Source of the DNA: Promethearchaeota archaeon
GTDB lineage: Archaea; Asgardarchaeota; Lokiarchaeia; Sigyniarchaeales; SOKP01
NCBI GenBank assembly: GCA_019058445.1
Contig: JAHPZA010000006.1
Location: forward strand, 288,001 to 352,000
Length of the DNA: 64,000 bases
Direction: 5' to 3'
Position 1 is the first letter of the stretch; each line of letters begins with the position of its first letter. Below, in pieces: positions 30,932 to 40,403 of the stretch. Made by a program: the position numbers and the translations under genes. The notes beneath the pieces are model-generated. The model saw only the letters and a list, made by a program, of their open reading frames with translations, had not been told where the DNA came from and searched no databases.

Positions 30932-31291
30932 TTATAGCACAGCTTTTTCGATATTATCAAACAGTCTCTCGAGACTAAAGGGCTTATCTTTAAAGCTCAC
31001 TGCGCCATTTGAAAGAGCTTCTTCTTTAACAGTGTTATCAGCACTCATGAAAATAATTTTTGTTTCATTATCAAGCTCTAAAATTTCTTTCGCTGCTTCA
31101 ATTCCACTCTTTAATGGCATGCGATGGTCCATTAACACGACATCAGGTTTTTCAGAAAAATTCTTGAACATGTTAACTGCATCTAATCCATTTTCGGCGG
31201 ATGCTATGACTTTATAACCATTTAAATTCAAGGCTTTTTGATATAAGAAACTTAAAGAACGATCATCCTCTACAATAAAAACGCTTATAAT
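30932..31291 (-). CDS. Stand-alone CheY-like response regulator; ATT/ATA start
   Basis: Frame extends upstream to ISVFIVEDDR (acidic pocket); DVVLMDHRMP phospho-acceptor and KPF motif; GGGGGTG SD-like element. Confidence 0.88.
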   Translation of the reverse strand: MISVFIVEDDRSLSFLYQKALNLNGYKVIASAENGLDAVNMFKNFSEKPDVVLMDHRMPLKSGIEAAKEILELDNETKIIFMSADNTVKEEALSNGAVSFKDKPFSLERLFDNIEKAVL

Positions 31292-31730
31292 GTTCTCACA
31301 CCCCCATAACTGATTTACATTTTATAGATAATATAGATCTAGCCTCAAGATTTATATTCTTTCAATTGAAGTTTTTCAAAAGAGTTATAATATAACTCAT
31401 CTCTGATATTAAAATATTAAAAAACTTTCTTATTTAATAATTTGCACGGATCTATCATTTTTTCTACAAAAGTGGACAAGTTAGATTTTAATGGAGTACT
31501 TAAACAAGAATTTGTTGAAAGCAATCCAAGTATTAAATATCAATCTAAAATGGATGATTATTTAGAAAATTGAAATTTATACAGATTTCTTAGAAATTAT
31601 TTAAAGAGATAATAAATTTCGTAATTTAAGAATTACACTAAAAATATTTAAAAAAAATACTAATTTTCAATAGATAAAAAAATTAATTAATTTTGACACT
31701 CCAAACAAATTCAAGGGATCCCCGGTTATA

Positions 31731-32558
31731 TTGATGGATGTTTTTATTATTGGTCTTTTATTAGCTTTGTTTGCTGGATTATCAACGACATTGGGGTGCA
31801 TTGTTTCGTTTTTCATTAAAGAACCAAGTCCGAGATTTATCTCTTTTATTATGGGTTTCTCAGCAGGAGTAATGGTTCTTATTTCCTTTGTAGAACTTCT
31901 GCAAGAGGGCATAAGATCTAATGGATTTATGATGGGGCTGATATTTTTCTTCGTAGGGTTATTAATTATGCTTGTAATTGATGTTACAGTCACACATGAA
32001 TACGAATTTGAAGATTCCATCGAAATGTTTAATAATAAACACGCATGTGAAGATCCTTATCATCATCGCCATTATCGTCATCGTTATCATCATGAAAAAG
32101 AGAATGATATAAACTTGGAAAAAACTTCCCTATTTGTATTTCTCGGGATATTCATTCATAATATTCCTGAAGGAATGGCTACGTTTATAGGAACTGTTAA
32201 AGATGTAGAGTTAGGGATCATTTTAGCCGTTGCGATTGCCCTTCATAATATTCCAGAAGGCATTGCAGTTTCCGTCCCTGTTTATACGTGTACTAACGAT
32301 AGAAGAAAGGCATTTTTTTGGTCATTTTTATCAGGAATTAGCGAATTCTTAGGAGCTCTCATTATTGGGTTGGTTTTCTATCCATTTATTAATGAATTTT
32401 CATTAGGAGCAATGTTAGCCATAGTCGCAGGCATTATGATTTATATCTCACTTGATGAATTACTCCCCGTTTCACATTCATTAGGAAAGGAGCATGTGGC
32501 AATCCTAGGACTTATAACTGGTATGTTTATTATGTTTTTGAGTTTAATGCTTATATAA
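31731..32558 (+). CDS. zupT: ZIP-family metal transporter with His-rich loop
   Basis: GFSAGVM, HNIPEG twice, DELLP; loop HHRHYRHRYHH. Confidence 0.92.
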   Translation: MMDVFIIGLLLALFAGLSTTLGCIVSFFIKEPSPRFISFIMGFSAGVMVLISFVELLQEGIRSNGFMMGLIFFFVGLLIMLVIDVTVTHEYEFEDSIEMFNNKHACEDPYHHRHYRHRYHHEKENDINLEKTSLFVFLGIFIHNIPEGMATFIGTVKDVELGIILAVAIALHNIPEGIAVSVPVYTCTNDRRKAFFWSFLSGISEFLGALIIGLVFYPFINEFSLGAMLAIVAGIMIYISLDELLPVSHSLGKEHVAILGLITGMFIMFLSLMLI

Positions 32559-32684
32559 ATCATAAATACGATTTTTCTCAGATTCTCCAAGCTATTAGAT
32601 GGAAAAATTAATTAATGTGATAAATTCTTCCAATTTTTTATTAAGTTCTTTAAAAAATTCTAGAGTCTGTTATAAGTTCGTCTA

Positions 32685-33497
32685 TTACTTTACAGATAAT
32701 GTTAACTTGTTTTTCAGTTCTTCCGCTAAATTACCTAATTTGTTCGCAGTAGTAGAAATCTCTTCCATTGACGCTGTTTGCTCCTCTGTTGAAGCATTAA
32801 CTCCTTCCATAGATGCTGAAGTTGCTTTAATGTTCTTAATTATGAGATTAAATTTATTATTAGTATCGTTGACAGCTTTTTTTGATTCTTCTGCTAATTT
32901 TCTTACTTCGTCTGCTACAACTGCAAATCCTCGACCATATTCTCCAGCCCTTCCTGCTTCTATGGCTGCATTTAAAGCTAATAAATTAATTTGCTCAGCA
33001 ACATTGTTAATTAATTGCATTATATTTTTTATATCTTCTGTGGAGTTAAAAATATCTTGGCTTTTAATTGTCATTTCTTGAGTAGATGAAGCTATTTCTT
33101 CGGATGAGGCATTTACTTCAGATGCGCTAGCAGCCAATTCTGTAGCTATGTTTGATACATTTATAGACATATTCGAACTAACTTTAATTACATCATTTAA
33201 TAAATCTTCAATAGTTAGTTGTTGTTTTGTGATAAGATTAACAATTCTATAAAGTACGTATATTGCAAAGACAGTCCCTGCAGGTATGATTATTGCTAAA
33301 GCAATAGGGTCATTTTCATATATTCCTATTGCTATCATAGGAAGTAATAATAAAACTATACACATGGTTGTAATAGCTAGAGAGACCCTGATTTCAAGTT
33401 TTCTGTTTTTTTTTTTTAAATACAAATAGAAAAATGCTTCTATACAAGCCCAATTAAAAAATGCTAAAAAAATACTGATTTCTATGTTTTGAATCAT
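32685..33497 (-). CDS. Methyl-accepting chemotaxis-like transducer (short signalling domain, ~3 TM)
   Basis: [37 protein letters not shown] hairpin tip. Confidence 0.9.
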   Translation of the reverse strand: MIQNIEISIFLAFFNWACIEAFFYLYLKKKNRKLEIRVSLAITTMCIVLLLLPMIAIGIYENDPIALAIIIPAGTVFAIYVLYRIVNLITKQQLTIEDLLNDVIKVSSNMSINVSNIATELAASASEVNASSEEIASSTQEMTIKSQDIFNSTEDIKNIMQLINNVAEQINLLALNAAIEAGRAGEYGRGFAVVADEVRKLAEESKKAVNDTNNKFNLIIKNIKATSASMEGVNASTEEQTASMEEISTTANKLGNLAEELKNKLTLSVK

Positions 33498-33776
33498 AAC
33501 ACATTCACCGAAATGAATGGTGAATTAAAACGAATTTTATAAATTTGCTTAAATATGTACTAAAATGTACATTTATAAATCCTAATTTTTAAAATAATGT
33601 TGTCCTAAGAGTAACAAATCTTAAAGAGTAATATTTTTACGATTGGATTAGTTCTAAAATTAAAATATTGGAAAGAATTCAATGTATACTACCAGAAATT
33701 TTTAAGTTTAATACTATTATAGTAAATAAGCAGAATTCATTTCTGATTCCAAAAGTATCTACAGAGAAAAATTACC

Positions 33777-34349
33777 TTATATAATGAAGCCTTCCCTCTT
33801 CTTATTAGATTTTTTTAAAAGCTCTTGGAGTTTTTTGTAAGTCTCAAAATCTAATTCTTGATATAAATCATCTGATTGTTCAATACTAATTTGGTCCAAA
33901 AATCCTTCTATTATTAAAAAAGCCATAACATTTAAGTTTCCACTACGAAATCTTTTTATAATCTCAGTTTTATACACTTCCCCTGCTATTTTATCACCTG
34001 CTTCAGTTAATCTTCTGAGGAGAGGGAACGCTAAATTCGAATGGAGTACTTCAGTATTATAATTGTTTTCATACCAAACTTGTAAGTTTGATGAGTGTGC
34101 CCAAAATTCGGCTTCTGGAGGAATTTCAATTTCATTATCCTTATCAAGTTCTAAAGAATGATCTAGATTTTCAGCTTGTCCATCAATAGTTATATTTTCG
34201 AGTCTTGGCTTAACATCCTCACTATTTTTTATTGGGCTGTTCAATAAGAGGTATTTACACTGAAGTACCCTCCTATTATCTACATATATAACGGTTTTAC
34301 CATCCTCTAGTTTGAGTTTGAGAACTTCATTGATGCTAAATTCTTTCAT
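33777..34349 (-). CDS. Conserved hypothetical protein; domain recalled from the N-termini of Lokiarchaeal LRR proteins
   Basis: EFSINE.LKLKLE, QCKYLL, EFWAHSSNLQVWYEN, LHSNLAFPLLRRL; family recognition from memory only. Confidence 0.6.
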   Translation of the reverse strand: MKEFSINEVLKLKLEDGKTVIYVDNRRVLQCKYLLLNSPIKNSEDVKPRLENITIDGQAENLDHSLELDKDNEIEIPPEAEFWAHSSNLQVWYENNYNTEVLHSNLAFPLLRRLTEAGDKIAGEVYKTEIIKRFRSGNLNVMAFLIIEGFLDQISIEQSDDLYQELDFETYKKLQELLKKSNKKREGFII

Positions 34350-34533
34350 AACTTTACTAAATAAAAAAAATTAGGCTTTTTCAAAAAATTTTTTGATTAA
34401 TTTTATGTTTCGCTTAAAATAATCCTAAAATAAAAAGAAATCCAATAAAATAAAATGGGTAACAAAAAATTAGACATTTTTAATAAATTCGAGAGAAAAA
34501 GTATAGCCGTTATTAAGCTCAGCCAACTATTTC

Positions 34534-34833
34534 TCAATCTTCACATTCTCCATTACAGTCGACTAATATTTTAGAAGCTAATCCTCTACCTAAAACCAAG
34601 GATGTTCCCTTAACGATTATATTAATTGGACCTCGAAAAGGTGCGGACTTCTTTTTAATTATTTTCACTCCCGGTACAATTCCGAGGTGTGCTAAACGCC
34701 TTTTTGCTCCATATCCTGCATTTACTCCCCTCACAATAAGTTCTGTGCCAAGGTCGCACTCGCTCAAGCATTTTATTAATGGTACTACATTACGAATTCG
34801 TATATTTCTTCTATGACCTTTCCTTTGCATCAT
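34534..34833 (-). CDS. feoA: Ferrous iron transport protein A (paralog 1)
   Basis: RRLAHLGIVPG, APFRGPI, LGRGLASKILV. Confidence 0.9.
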   Translation of the reverse strand: MMQRKGHRRNIRIRNVVPLIKCLSECDLGTELIVRGVNAGYGAKRRLAHLGIVPGVKIIKKKSAPFRGPINIIVKGTSLVLGRGLASKILVDCNGECED

Positions 34834-34928
34834 TTTTAATTAATTTTTATAAATATCGGAGTTTAGTAAATAGAACTTGTTTTTTATAAGGTAATCTAAT
34901 AAATTGTAGAGTAACAAAACTTATAAAG

Positions 34929-34942
34929 TTAGGTGAGGCTAA
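34929..34942. promoter_or_regulatory. DtxR/IdeR-type operator (imperfect), next to the TATA-like element of the minus-strand feoA
   Basis: TTAGGTGAGGCTAA, one mismatch to TTAGG-N4-CCTAA. Confidence 0.6.
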
Positions 34943-35112
34943 CAATTATAAAGAATATCTATTATTAAATAGAATTAGGGACCATTCATACTATCTGGGA
35001 TATTGCAATTTTAAACAAAGATCTCTCATTAAATATTAGATTTTTTTAATAAAGTTTGAAAATTCCACTATTAATTAAGAGGCATCTTATTTTTTAAAAT
35101 AAAAAGATTTAA

Positions 35113-35130
35113 AATTAGGTATGCCTAATT
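35113..35130. promoter_or_regulatory. DtxR/IdeR-type operator upstream of feoA-feoB
   Basis: AATTAGG-TATG-CCTAATT perfect inverted repeat ~20 bp before the ATG. Confidence 0.75.
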
Positions 35131-35149
35131 ATTATATAGAGAAAAAATT

Positions 35150-35449
35150 ATGATAAGATCGATGCATAAAAAATCTCATAGATATAGAGGCCATGGAACG
35201 CCTTTAATAAAATGTTTAACAGAATGTAATAAAGGGGAGGAAGTCAGCATAATAAACGTAAATGCCGGACATGGAGCAAAAAGGCGGTTAGCAAATTTAG
35301 GATTAGTTCCCGGCACTGTAATAAAAAAAAAGCTAGAAGCCCCATTTCGGGGACCAATAGAAATTTTTGTGAAAGGTACTAAGTTAGTAATTGGACGTGG
35401 ATTAGCTTCAAAAATCCTTGTAGAATGTAATGAAGCTTGTTCATTTTAG
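35150..35449 (+). CDS. feoA: Ferrous iron transport protein A (paralog 2)
   Basis: RRLANLGLVPG, APFRGPI, IGRGLASKILV. Confidence 0.9.
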   Translation: MIRSMHKKSHRYRGHGTPLIKCLTECNKGEEVSIINVNAGHGAKRRLANLGLVPGTVIKKKLEAPFRGPIEIFVKGTKLVIGRGLASKILVECNEACSF

Positions 35450-35536
35450 AAGGATTAATCCCCCCAGAGACCATTCGATTCAATAATCTTAAAAAAGATA
35501 TTATAAATATAATTAAGTAAGGTATGTTGAGTTTTT

Positions 35537-37684
35537 ATGAGTAGTCATTTACCTAAAAAACCGAAAAATAAAGGAAAGTATAAGGACACTATTAACATTG
35601 CGTTAGCTGGTAACCCGAATGTAGGGAAATCGGTCATTTTCAACCAATTGACAGGGCTCTCGCAGACAATAGGGAATTGGCCCGGAAAAACCGTAGAAAG
35701 AATGGAAGGCTATCTCGATTTTTTAGGATATCACTTCAATATCGTTGACTTGCCCGGTATATACAGTTTATCCACCTATTCATTAGAAGAGATCGTAAGT
35801 AGAGAATATATTGTGTCCGATGAAGTAGATCTGATAATAAATGTAATTGATGCGACAAATCTGGAAAGGAATCTCTTTTTCACTTTTCAATTACTAGAAT
35901 TAAAAGTTCCGATGATTCTAGCAATTAATCAAATGGATATCTTGAGGAAGAGAAAGATCGAGTTGGATTTTGAAGAATTGGAAAGAATTTTCAAGCTCCC
36001 TGTTCTGCCTGTAGTAGCTGTTCATGGTACAGGAGTGCATCAATTGCTCGAGGAGGCCATAGAAATGGTTGTTTATCGCTATAGCCACTCACATTTTGAT
36101 AGTTCTGAACCGGAAGAATATGAACATCACCGACATGATTATTATCGTGATGAACATGTGTATAATAAAGTAGAGAAATGGCCTCCTTTAAAGAAAGAAT
36201 TTGAATTTCCTGATTTATCCTCTATTCTTTCGTTTGGAAAAGAGGTTGAGACGAAAATTAATAATTTAAGGAGAGAAATAGAGAAAAATCAAGATTATTT
36301 TTCAGGTTTCCAGTACCCTTTAAGGTTTTTAGCGATAAAATTATTAGAAGATGATGAAGAGATAAGAAAAATATTCGAAAATAATGAAAAAGCACGGAGT
36401 AGCATTGAAATAGCCAAAAATTATAGAAATGAGTTAGAAGAATATCATGGAGAAGATATCAACACCATTATCTCCTCTGAAATTTATAATGATATTCATA
36501 AAATTATTGAAAAAGTGGTGTCTATTAAACAGAAAGAAAAAGTACAAAAAACGTCCTTTGCGGATAAAATCGATCATCTCACGACTCATTCTTTTTGGGG
36601 GTATGTTATTTTAGCATTTGTAATTTTCGGTATTTATGCGTTTACATTTACGGTTGGCGATTTATTAGGAGGATTAATAGATGGAATATACGAAGACTTG
36701 AGTGTAACTATATATGATACTTACGGAGAAGATAATTTGTGGATTAAAATCTTATGGAATGGCGGTGTGGGAGGATTTTTTGGAGCGGTTGGAGGAGTTT
36801 TAGTGTATGTAATTCCATTTTTTTTAATAATTGAGATTTTACAGGATTCAGGCTATCTCCCAAGGGCTGCTTTTCTTATGGATAGAGTTATGCATGCTAT
36901 TGGAGTCCACGGGAAAACTATAATTCCCATGATCTTAGGATTTGGATGTAATGTTCCAGCTTGTGCTGGATGTAGAATCATGGAAACAGAAAGAGAAAAG
37001 AAAATCTCAATTGTATTATCTTCACTTGTCCCATGTGCTGCTGTTATGACGGTTGTAATGGGGTTGGTAGGTCGATATTTAGGATTATTTTGGGTTTTAT
37101 TTTTGCTTGCTATAAATTTTACAGTAATCCTTATAGTTGGAAGGCTATTAAATAAAACCATGCCAGGTGTATGTACAGAACTCATCATGGAAATGCATGA
37201 ATACAGAGTACCAAATTATAATGTAATTACAAAACAAACATGGTTAAGGTCAAAAGAATTCATTTTTAAAGCAATGCCTCTAATTATTGTTCTTGGAATA
37301 ACACTGGAGATTTTACTTGAGTTAAGAGCTTTAGATCCAATCAATATTGTATTATCCCCAATTACTGTGTTTTGGTTAGGGCTCCCAATAATTACCGGTG
37401 TATTCTTAATTTATGGAATCTTACGAAAGGAATTAACCTTAGTACTTCTTGCTCTTCTTGCCTCATCAATGGGTTTAACACTTATAGAACTTATGACTCC
37501 CATACAAATGATTGTATTTTGTTTAGTCACAATGCTTTATGTGCCTTGTTTTGCGACTGTTGTGATTATCGCGAAACAAACTAATTGGAAATATGCCCTA
37601 CAAATTTCACTCATGGAGATTTCAGTAGCCCTGTTGATTGGTGGATTAATCCATTTTGGGTATATTTTTTTTACTACATTATAA
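35537..37684 (+). CDS. feoB: Ferrous iron transport protein B
   Basis: G-domain GNPNVGKS, NWPGKTV, DLPG, NQMD; membrane domain DSGYLPRAAF, GFGCNVPA, YVPC. Confidence 0.95.
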   Translation: MSSHLPKKPKNKGKYKDTINIALAGNPNVGKSVIFNQLTGLSQTIGNWPGKTVERMEGYLDFLGYHFNIVDLPGIYSLSTYSLEEIVSREYIVSDEVDLIINVIDATNLERNLFFTFQLLELKVPMILAINQMDILRKRKIELDFEELERIFKLPVLPVVAVHGTGVHQLLEEAIEMVVYRYSHSHFDSSEPEEYEHHRHDYYRDEHVYNKVEKWPPLKKEFEFPDLSSILSFGKEVETKINNLRREIEKNQDYFSGFQYPLRFLAIKLLEDDEEIRKIFENNEKARSSIEIAKNYRNELEEYHGEDINTIISSEIYNDIHKIIEKVVSIKQKEKVQKTSFADKIDHLTTHSFWGYVILAFVIFGIYAFTFTVGDLLGGLIDGIYEDLSVTIYDTYGEDNLWIKILWNGGVGGFFGAVGGVLVYVIPFFLIIEILQDSGYLPRAAFLMDRVMHAIGVHGKTIIPMILGFGCNVPACAGCRIMETEREKKISIVLSSLVPCAAVMTVVMGLVGRYLGLFWVLFLLAINFTVILIVGRLLNKTMPGVCTELIMEMHEYRVPNYNVITKQTWLRSKEFIFKAMPLIIVLGITLEILLELRALDPINIVLSPITVFWLGLPIITGVFLIYGILRKELTLVLLALLASSMGLTLIELMTPIQMIVFCLVTMLYVPCFATVVIIAKQTNWKYALQISLMEISVALLIGGLIHFGYIFFTTL

Positions 37685-37806
37685 TCTTTTTATTTTTCAA
37701 ACTCTAATTTATATTACATTTATATTGTTTTAAGAATTCATATTCGTAGCATAGAAAGCTAAGAAAAACTGAACAAATATCAGAATAACGATTAACCGTC
37801 CATGAT

Positions 37807-38811
37807 ATGAAGGTTAGAATAACTACACCTTGCCGAATACATCTCTCCTTAATCGATGAGAACGGGTACACGGGGAGAGTTGATGGTGGAATTGGTCTTA
37901 TGTTAGATAGACCAAATGTGGTTTTTGAGGCTTCAAATTCAGCAACTCAATTTAAAATTGAAGCGATTAAATATTATCGAGAATCTATAGAAGTGATCAA
38001 TGAGAAAGCATCGAAGATTTTTAAAGCATTTGATATCAGCAATAAAAATTTCCATTTTTATCTGAGAAGATATTATCCAAGTCATGTTGGATTAGGATCA
38101 AAAACGCAATTATCTCTTGCGATTGCTACCGCTATTGCCAAATTGAAAGATATGCAGATATCAACAAAAGAATTAACTAAACTCGTTGAAAGAGGAGGTA
38201 CTTCTGGAATTGGATGGCGAGGTTTTGAATCTGGAGGCTTTATTTTGGATGGCGGTCATGATTTCGGTAGGGGAAAAGAGAAAGAAACGTTTTTACCCTC
38301 ATCAGCGTCGAGTTATGCGGACCCTGCTATGACAATATTAAGATATACCATTCCTGAACACTGGCGCTTTGTTGTTGCTATTCCCAATGTAAAAAATGGA
38401 GCTTACGGAGATGAAGAAGTCAGTATTTTTCAAAAACATGCTCCTATACCAAGAGATGAGGTAAATGAAGTATCACATCAAATTTTAATGAAAGTAGTTC
38501 CAGGAATACTGAAAAAAGATTTAACATGTTTTGGAGAAGGTATAAAAAGAATTCAGAGTATTGGTTTTAAGCATATTGAAATAAATTTACAGCATAAAGT
38601 AGTTAAAAATTTATTGAGCTTTTTAGATGAGTTTGGTGTTAAAGCTTATGGAATGAGTTCATTTGGACCAAGTGTCATTGGTATTACGGAATCTGATAAG
38701 GAGGCAGAAGAATTATTTGGAGCAGTTCATAGTCACCTTAGAAATACTGGAGGCCATATTTATATCTGTAAACCTAATAATACAGGAGCAAAAATCGAAT
38801 ATTTAGAATGA
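37807..38811 (+). CDS. mptG: Beta-ribofuranosylaminobenzene 5'-phosphate (RFA-P) synthase, GHMP family
   Basis: TPCRIHLSLID, GRVDGG, HVGLGSKTQ, RGGTSGIG, GMSSFGP. Confidence 0.88.
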   Translation: MKVRITTPCRIHLSLIDENGYTGRVDGGIGLMLDRPNVVFEASNSATQFKIEAIKYYRESIEVINEKASKIFKAFDISNKNFHFYLRRYYPSHVGLGSKTQLSLAIATAIAKLKDMQISTKELTKLVERGGTSGIGWRGFESGGFILDGGHDFGRGKEKETFLPSSASSYADPAMTILRYTIPEHWRFVVAIPNVKNGAYGDEEVSIFQKHAPIPRDEVNEVSHQILMKVVPGILKKDLTCFGEGIKRIQSIGFKHIEINLQHKVVKNLLSFLDEFGVKAYGMSSFGPSVIGITESDKEAEELFGAVHSHLRNTGGHIYICKPNNTGAKIEYLE

Positions 38812-38817
38812 GTGTTA

Positions 38818-39213
38818 ATGAGCGATAAAAAGAATAAAATCTACTTTTCGCCTAATGTAAGTGAGAGAGAGAGAGCTTGTTTTGAAACAGGAATTAAACT
38901 TGGTGCACTATACCATATTTTATGCGGAATCCCTCTCTCTTCTGATGAAAGTGTTATTAAACCTATTGAACAAGGAATAGAAGCTGCGATTTCTTGTCAG
39001 CCTTATGTAAAATCTATAAAAATTAATCTCGATCGAACTAAAATCGTTGGAGATAAATCGACGCAGTTTGATTATGATGAGATTACGGGAAAAATTATCA
39101 GGGCGGAAATTGTTCTTGAATATGAATCAATAGAAATTTTAGCTAAAATAGATTGGGTTGAAAGCCTACAATATCCATTAATGTTTATTGAAAAAATTCA
39201 GGAAAATGATTGA
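38818..39213 (+). CDS. mptD: Archaeal dihydroneopterin aldolase (DUF381)
   Basis: ERERACFETGIKLGALYH, QPYV, YPLM. Confidence 0.85.
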   Translation: MSDKKNKIYFSPNVSERERACFETGIKLGALYHILCGIPLSSDESVIKPIEQGIEAAISCQPYVKSIKINLDRTKIVGDKSTQFDYDEITGKIIRAEIVLEYESIEILAKIDWVESLQYPLMFIEKIQEND

Positions 39214-39290
39214 TTAATACAAGAATTCTTAAATATGATATATATCAATTATAGATATTTCAAATTAGTCTAAATTCAGTAAATGTAAAT

Positions 39291-39542
39291 ATGTTCACTA
39301 AAAATATTAGCATAGAGATAGAAAAAGGGAAAAAAGTACCATTAAAAGAAACGTATCTTGTTTTTTATAAATCTAAAGATGACATCAGATTAGTCCAGAA
39401 ATTCATTGACAAAACAATGAATGTGTCAATATCGTTAGATTTTAATGAATGTAAGAGATTATTAAATCTGCTCAATTTTTATTTGTTAGAAGGTGAATTT
39501 AAACCTTATAAGGATAAAATGTTAATCTACGAAAAAAATTAA
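39291..39542 (+). CDS. Small hypothetical protein
   Basis: 83-aa ORF filling the gap, convergent with DUF447; no motif recognised. Confidence 0.5.
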   Translation: MFTKNISIEIEKGKKVPLKETYLVFYKSKDDIRLVQKFIDKTMNVSISLDFNECKRLLNLLNFYLLEGEFKPYKDKMLIYEKN

Positions 39543-40237
39543 TCCATTAGACTACCTACATAGTTACTTAAAAGTTCAATAGCTTTCAGAGCGTCTTCAT
39601 TCTTACCAAACCTTTCAATATTTCCCTTGTGATCCAAAATTCCTTCATGAATCTTATAAAATAATTTTTGGTCATTCCTTTGTTTAGCAATCTTTAATCT
39701 AGTCGCTAATATTATTGCTTCTAATGCTAAATTCTCTGCTCGATTAAAAAATTTATAAGATTCATGAAATTTTTGATGAAAAATTATATTTAATTTGAAT
39801 ACAGGGATAATTACTTCCCCAAAACCATTCTGTTTTGCTTTTTCAAATTCTTGGGAAACTTCACATATCAGAATACCCCATGCGGTCTTTATATAAGGCA
39901 CATCCATAGCTCGCTTCTCTAAATACTTGAATTCATAAAATTCTAAGGGGAATTCAGTCAATCCTATAGGTGAGTCCTTTTCTTTTAAGGCTGCAAGAGC
40001 ATAAAGATAGACATTATCAACAAAATTAATAGCAATTATATTACTTTTCTTTAAATTTTTATAAGTAGAGGTGGAAGAGAAAGGAGAGATCTGTATTTGC
40101 TTATCTTCTAATAATCTAATACCCATACAAGAAGCATTGGGCTTGATTGCTTTTCCATCTTCAGTTATAAAATAAGTTGTGGCTATTATTTCGTATAAAT
40201 ATCCAATTTTCAGCCCAAAATCTTTATCATAAGAAAT
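39539..40237 (-). CDS. DUF447-family split-barrel protein; ATT start
   Basis: Frame extends upstream to ISYDKDFGLKIGYLYEIIATT...PNASCMGI; FNRA..L.LEAIILATR; GAGGT SD-like element and in-frame TAA two codons before ATT. Confidence 0.75.
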   Translation of the reverse strand: MSYDKDFGLKIGYLYEIIATTYFITEDGKAIKPNASCMGIRLLEDKQIQISPFSSTSTYKNLKKSNIIAINFVDNVYLYALAALKEKDSPIGLTEFPLEFYEFKYLEKRAMDVPYIKTAWGILICEVSQEFEKAKQNGFGEVIIPVFKLNIIFHQKFHESYKFFNRAENLALEAIILATRLKIAKQRNDQKLFYKIHEGILDHKGNIERFGKNEDALKAIELLSNYVGSLMD

Positions 40238-40403
40238 TTTTTATTACCTCTTTTAACAATATATTTCTTTATTAAAATTTGACATTTATTTCTAAATTTC
40301 AACAAATTAAAATCTTAAACAAAAAAATTTTATATGTAGTCTTATTTGGGATATTTGATTCCATGCATTAAAACTTAATTTATAATAAGAAAGTGGTTTA
40401 TTA

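Noticed and set aside
32599-33081. 160-aa plus-strand ORF
   Set aside because: Antisense shadow of the MCP coiled-coil gene; no independent motif.
33608-34927. Shared AGAGTAACAAA motif upstream of the MCP gene and feoA
   Set aside because: Only 11 bp, at different distances from the starts; insufficient support.
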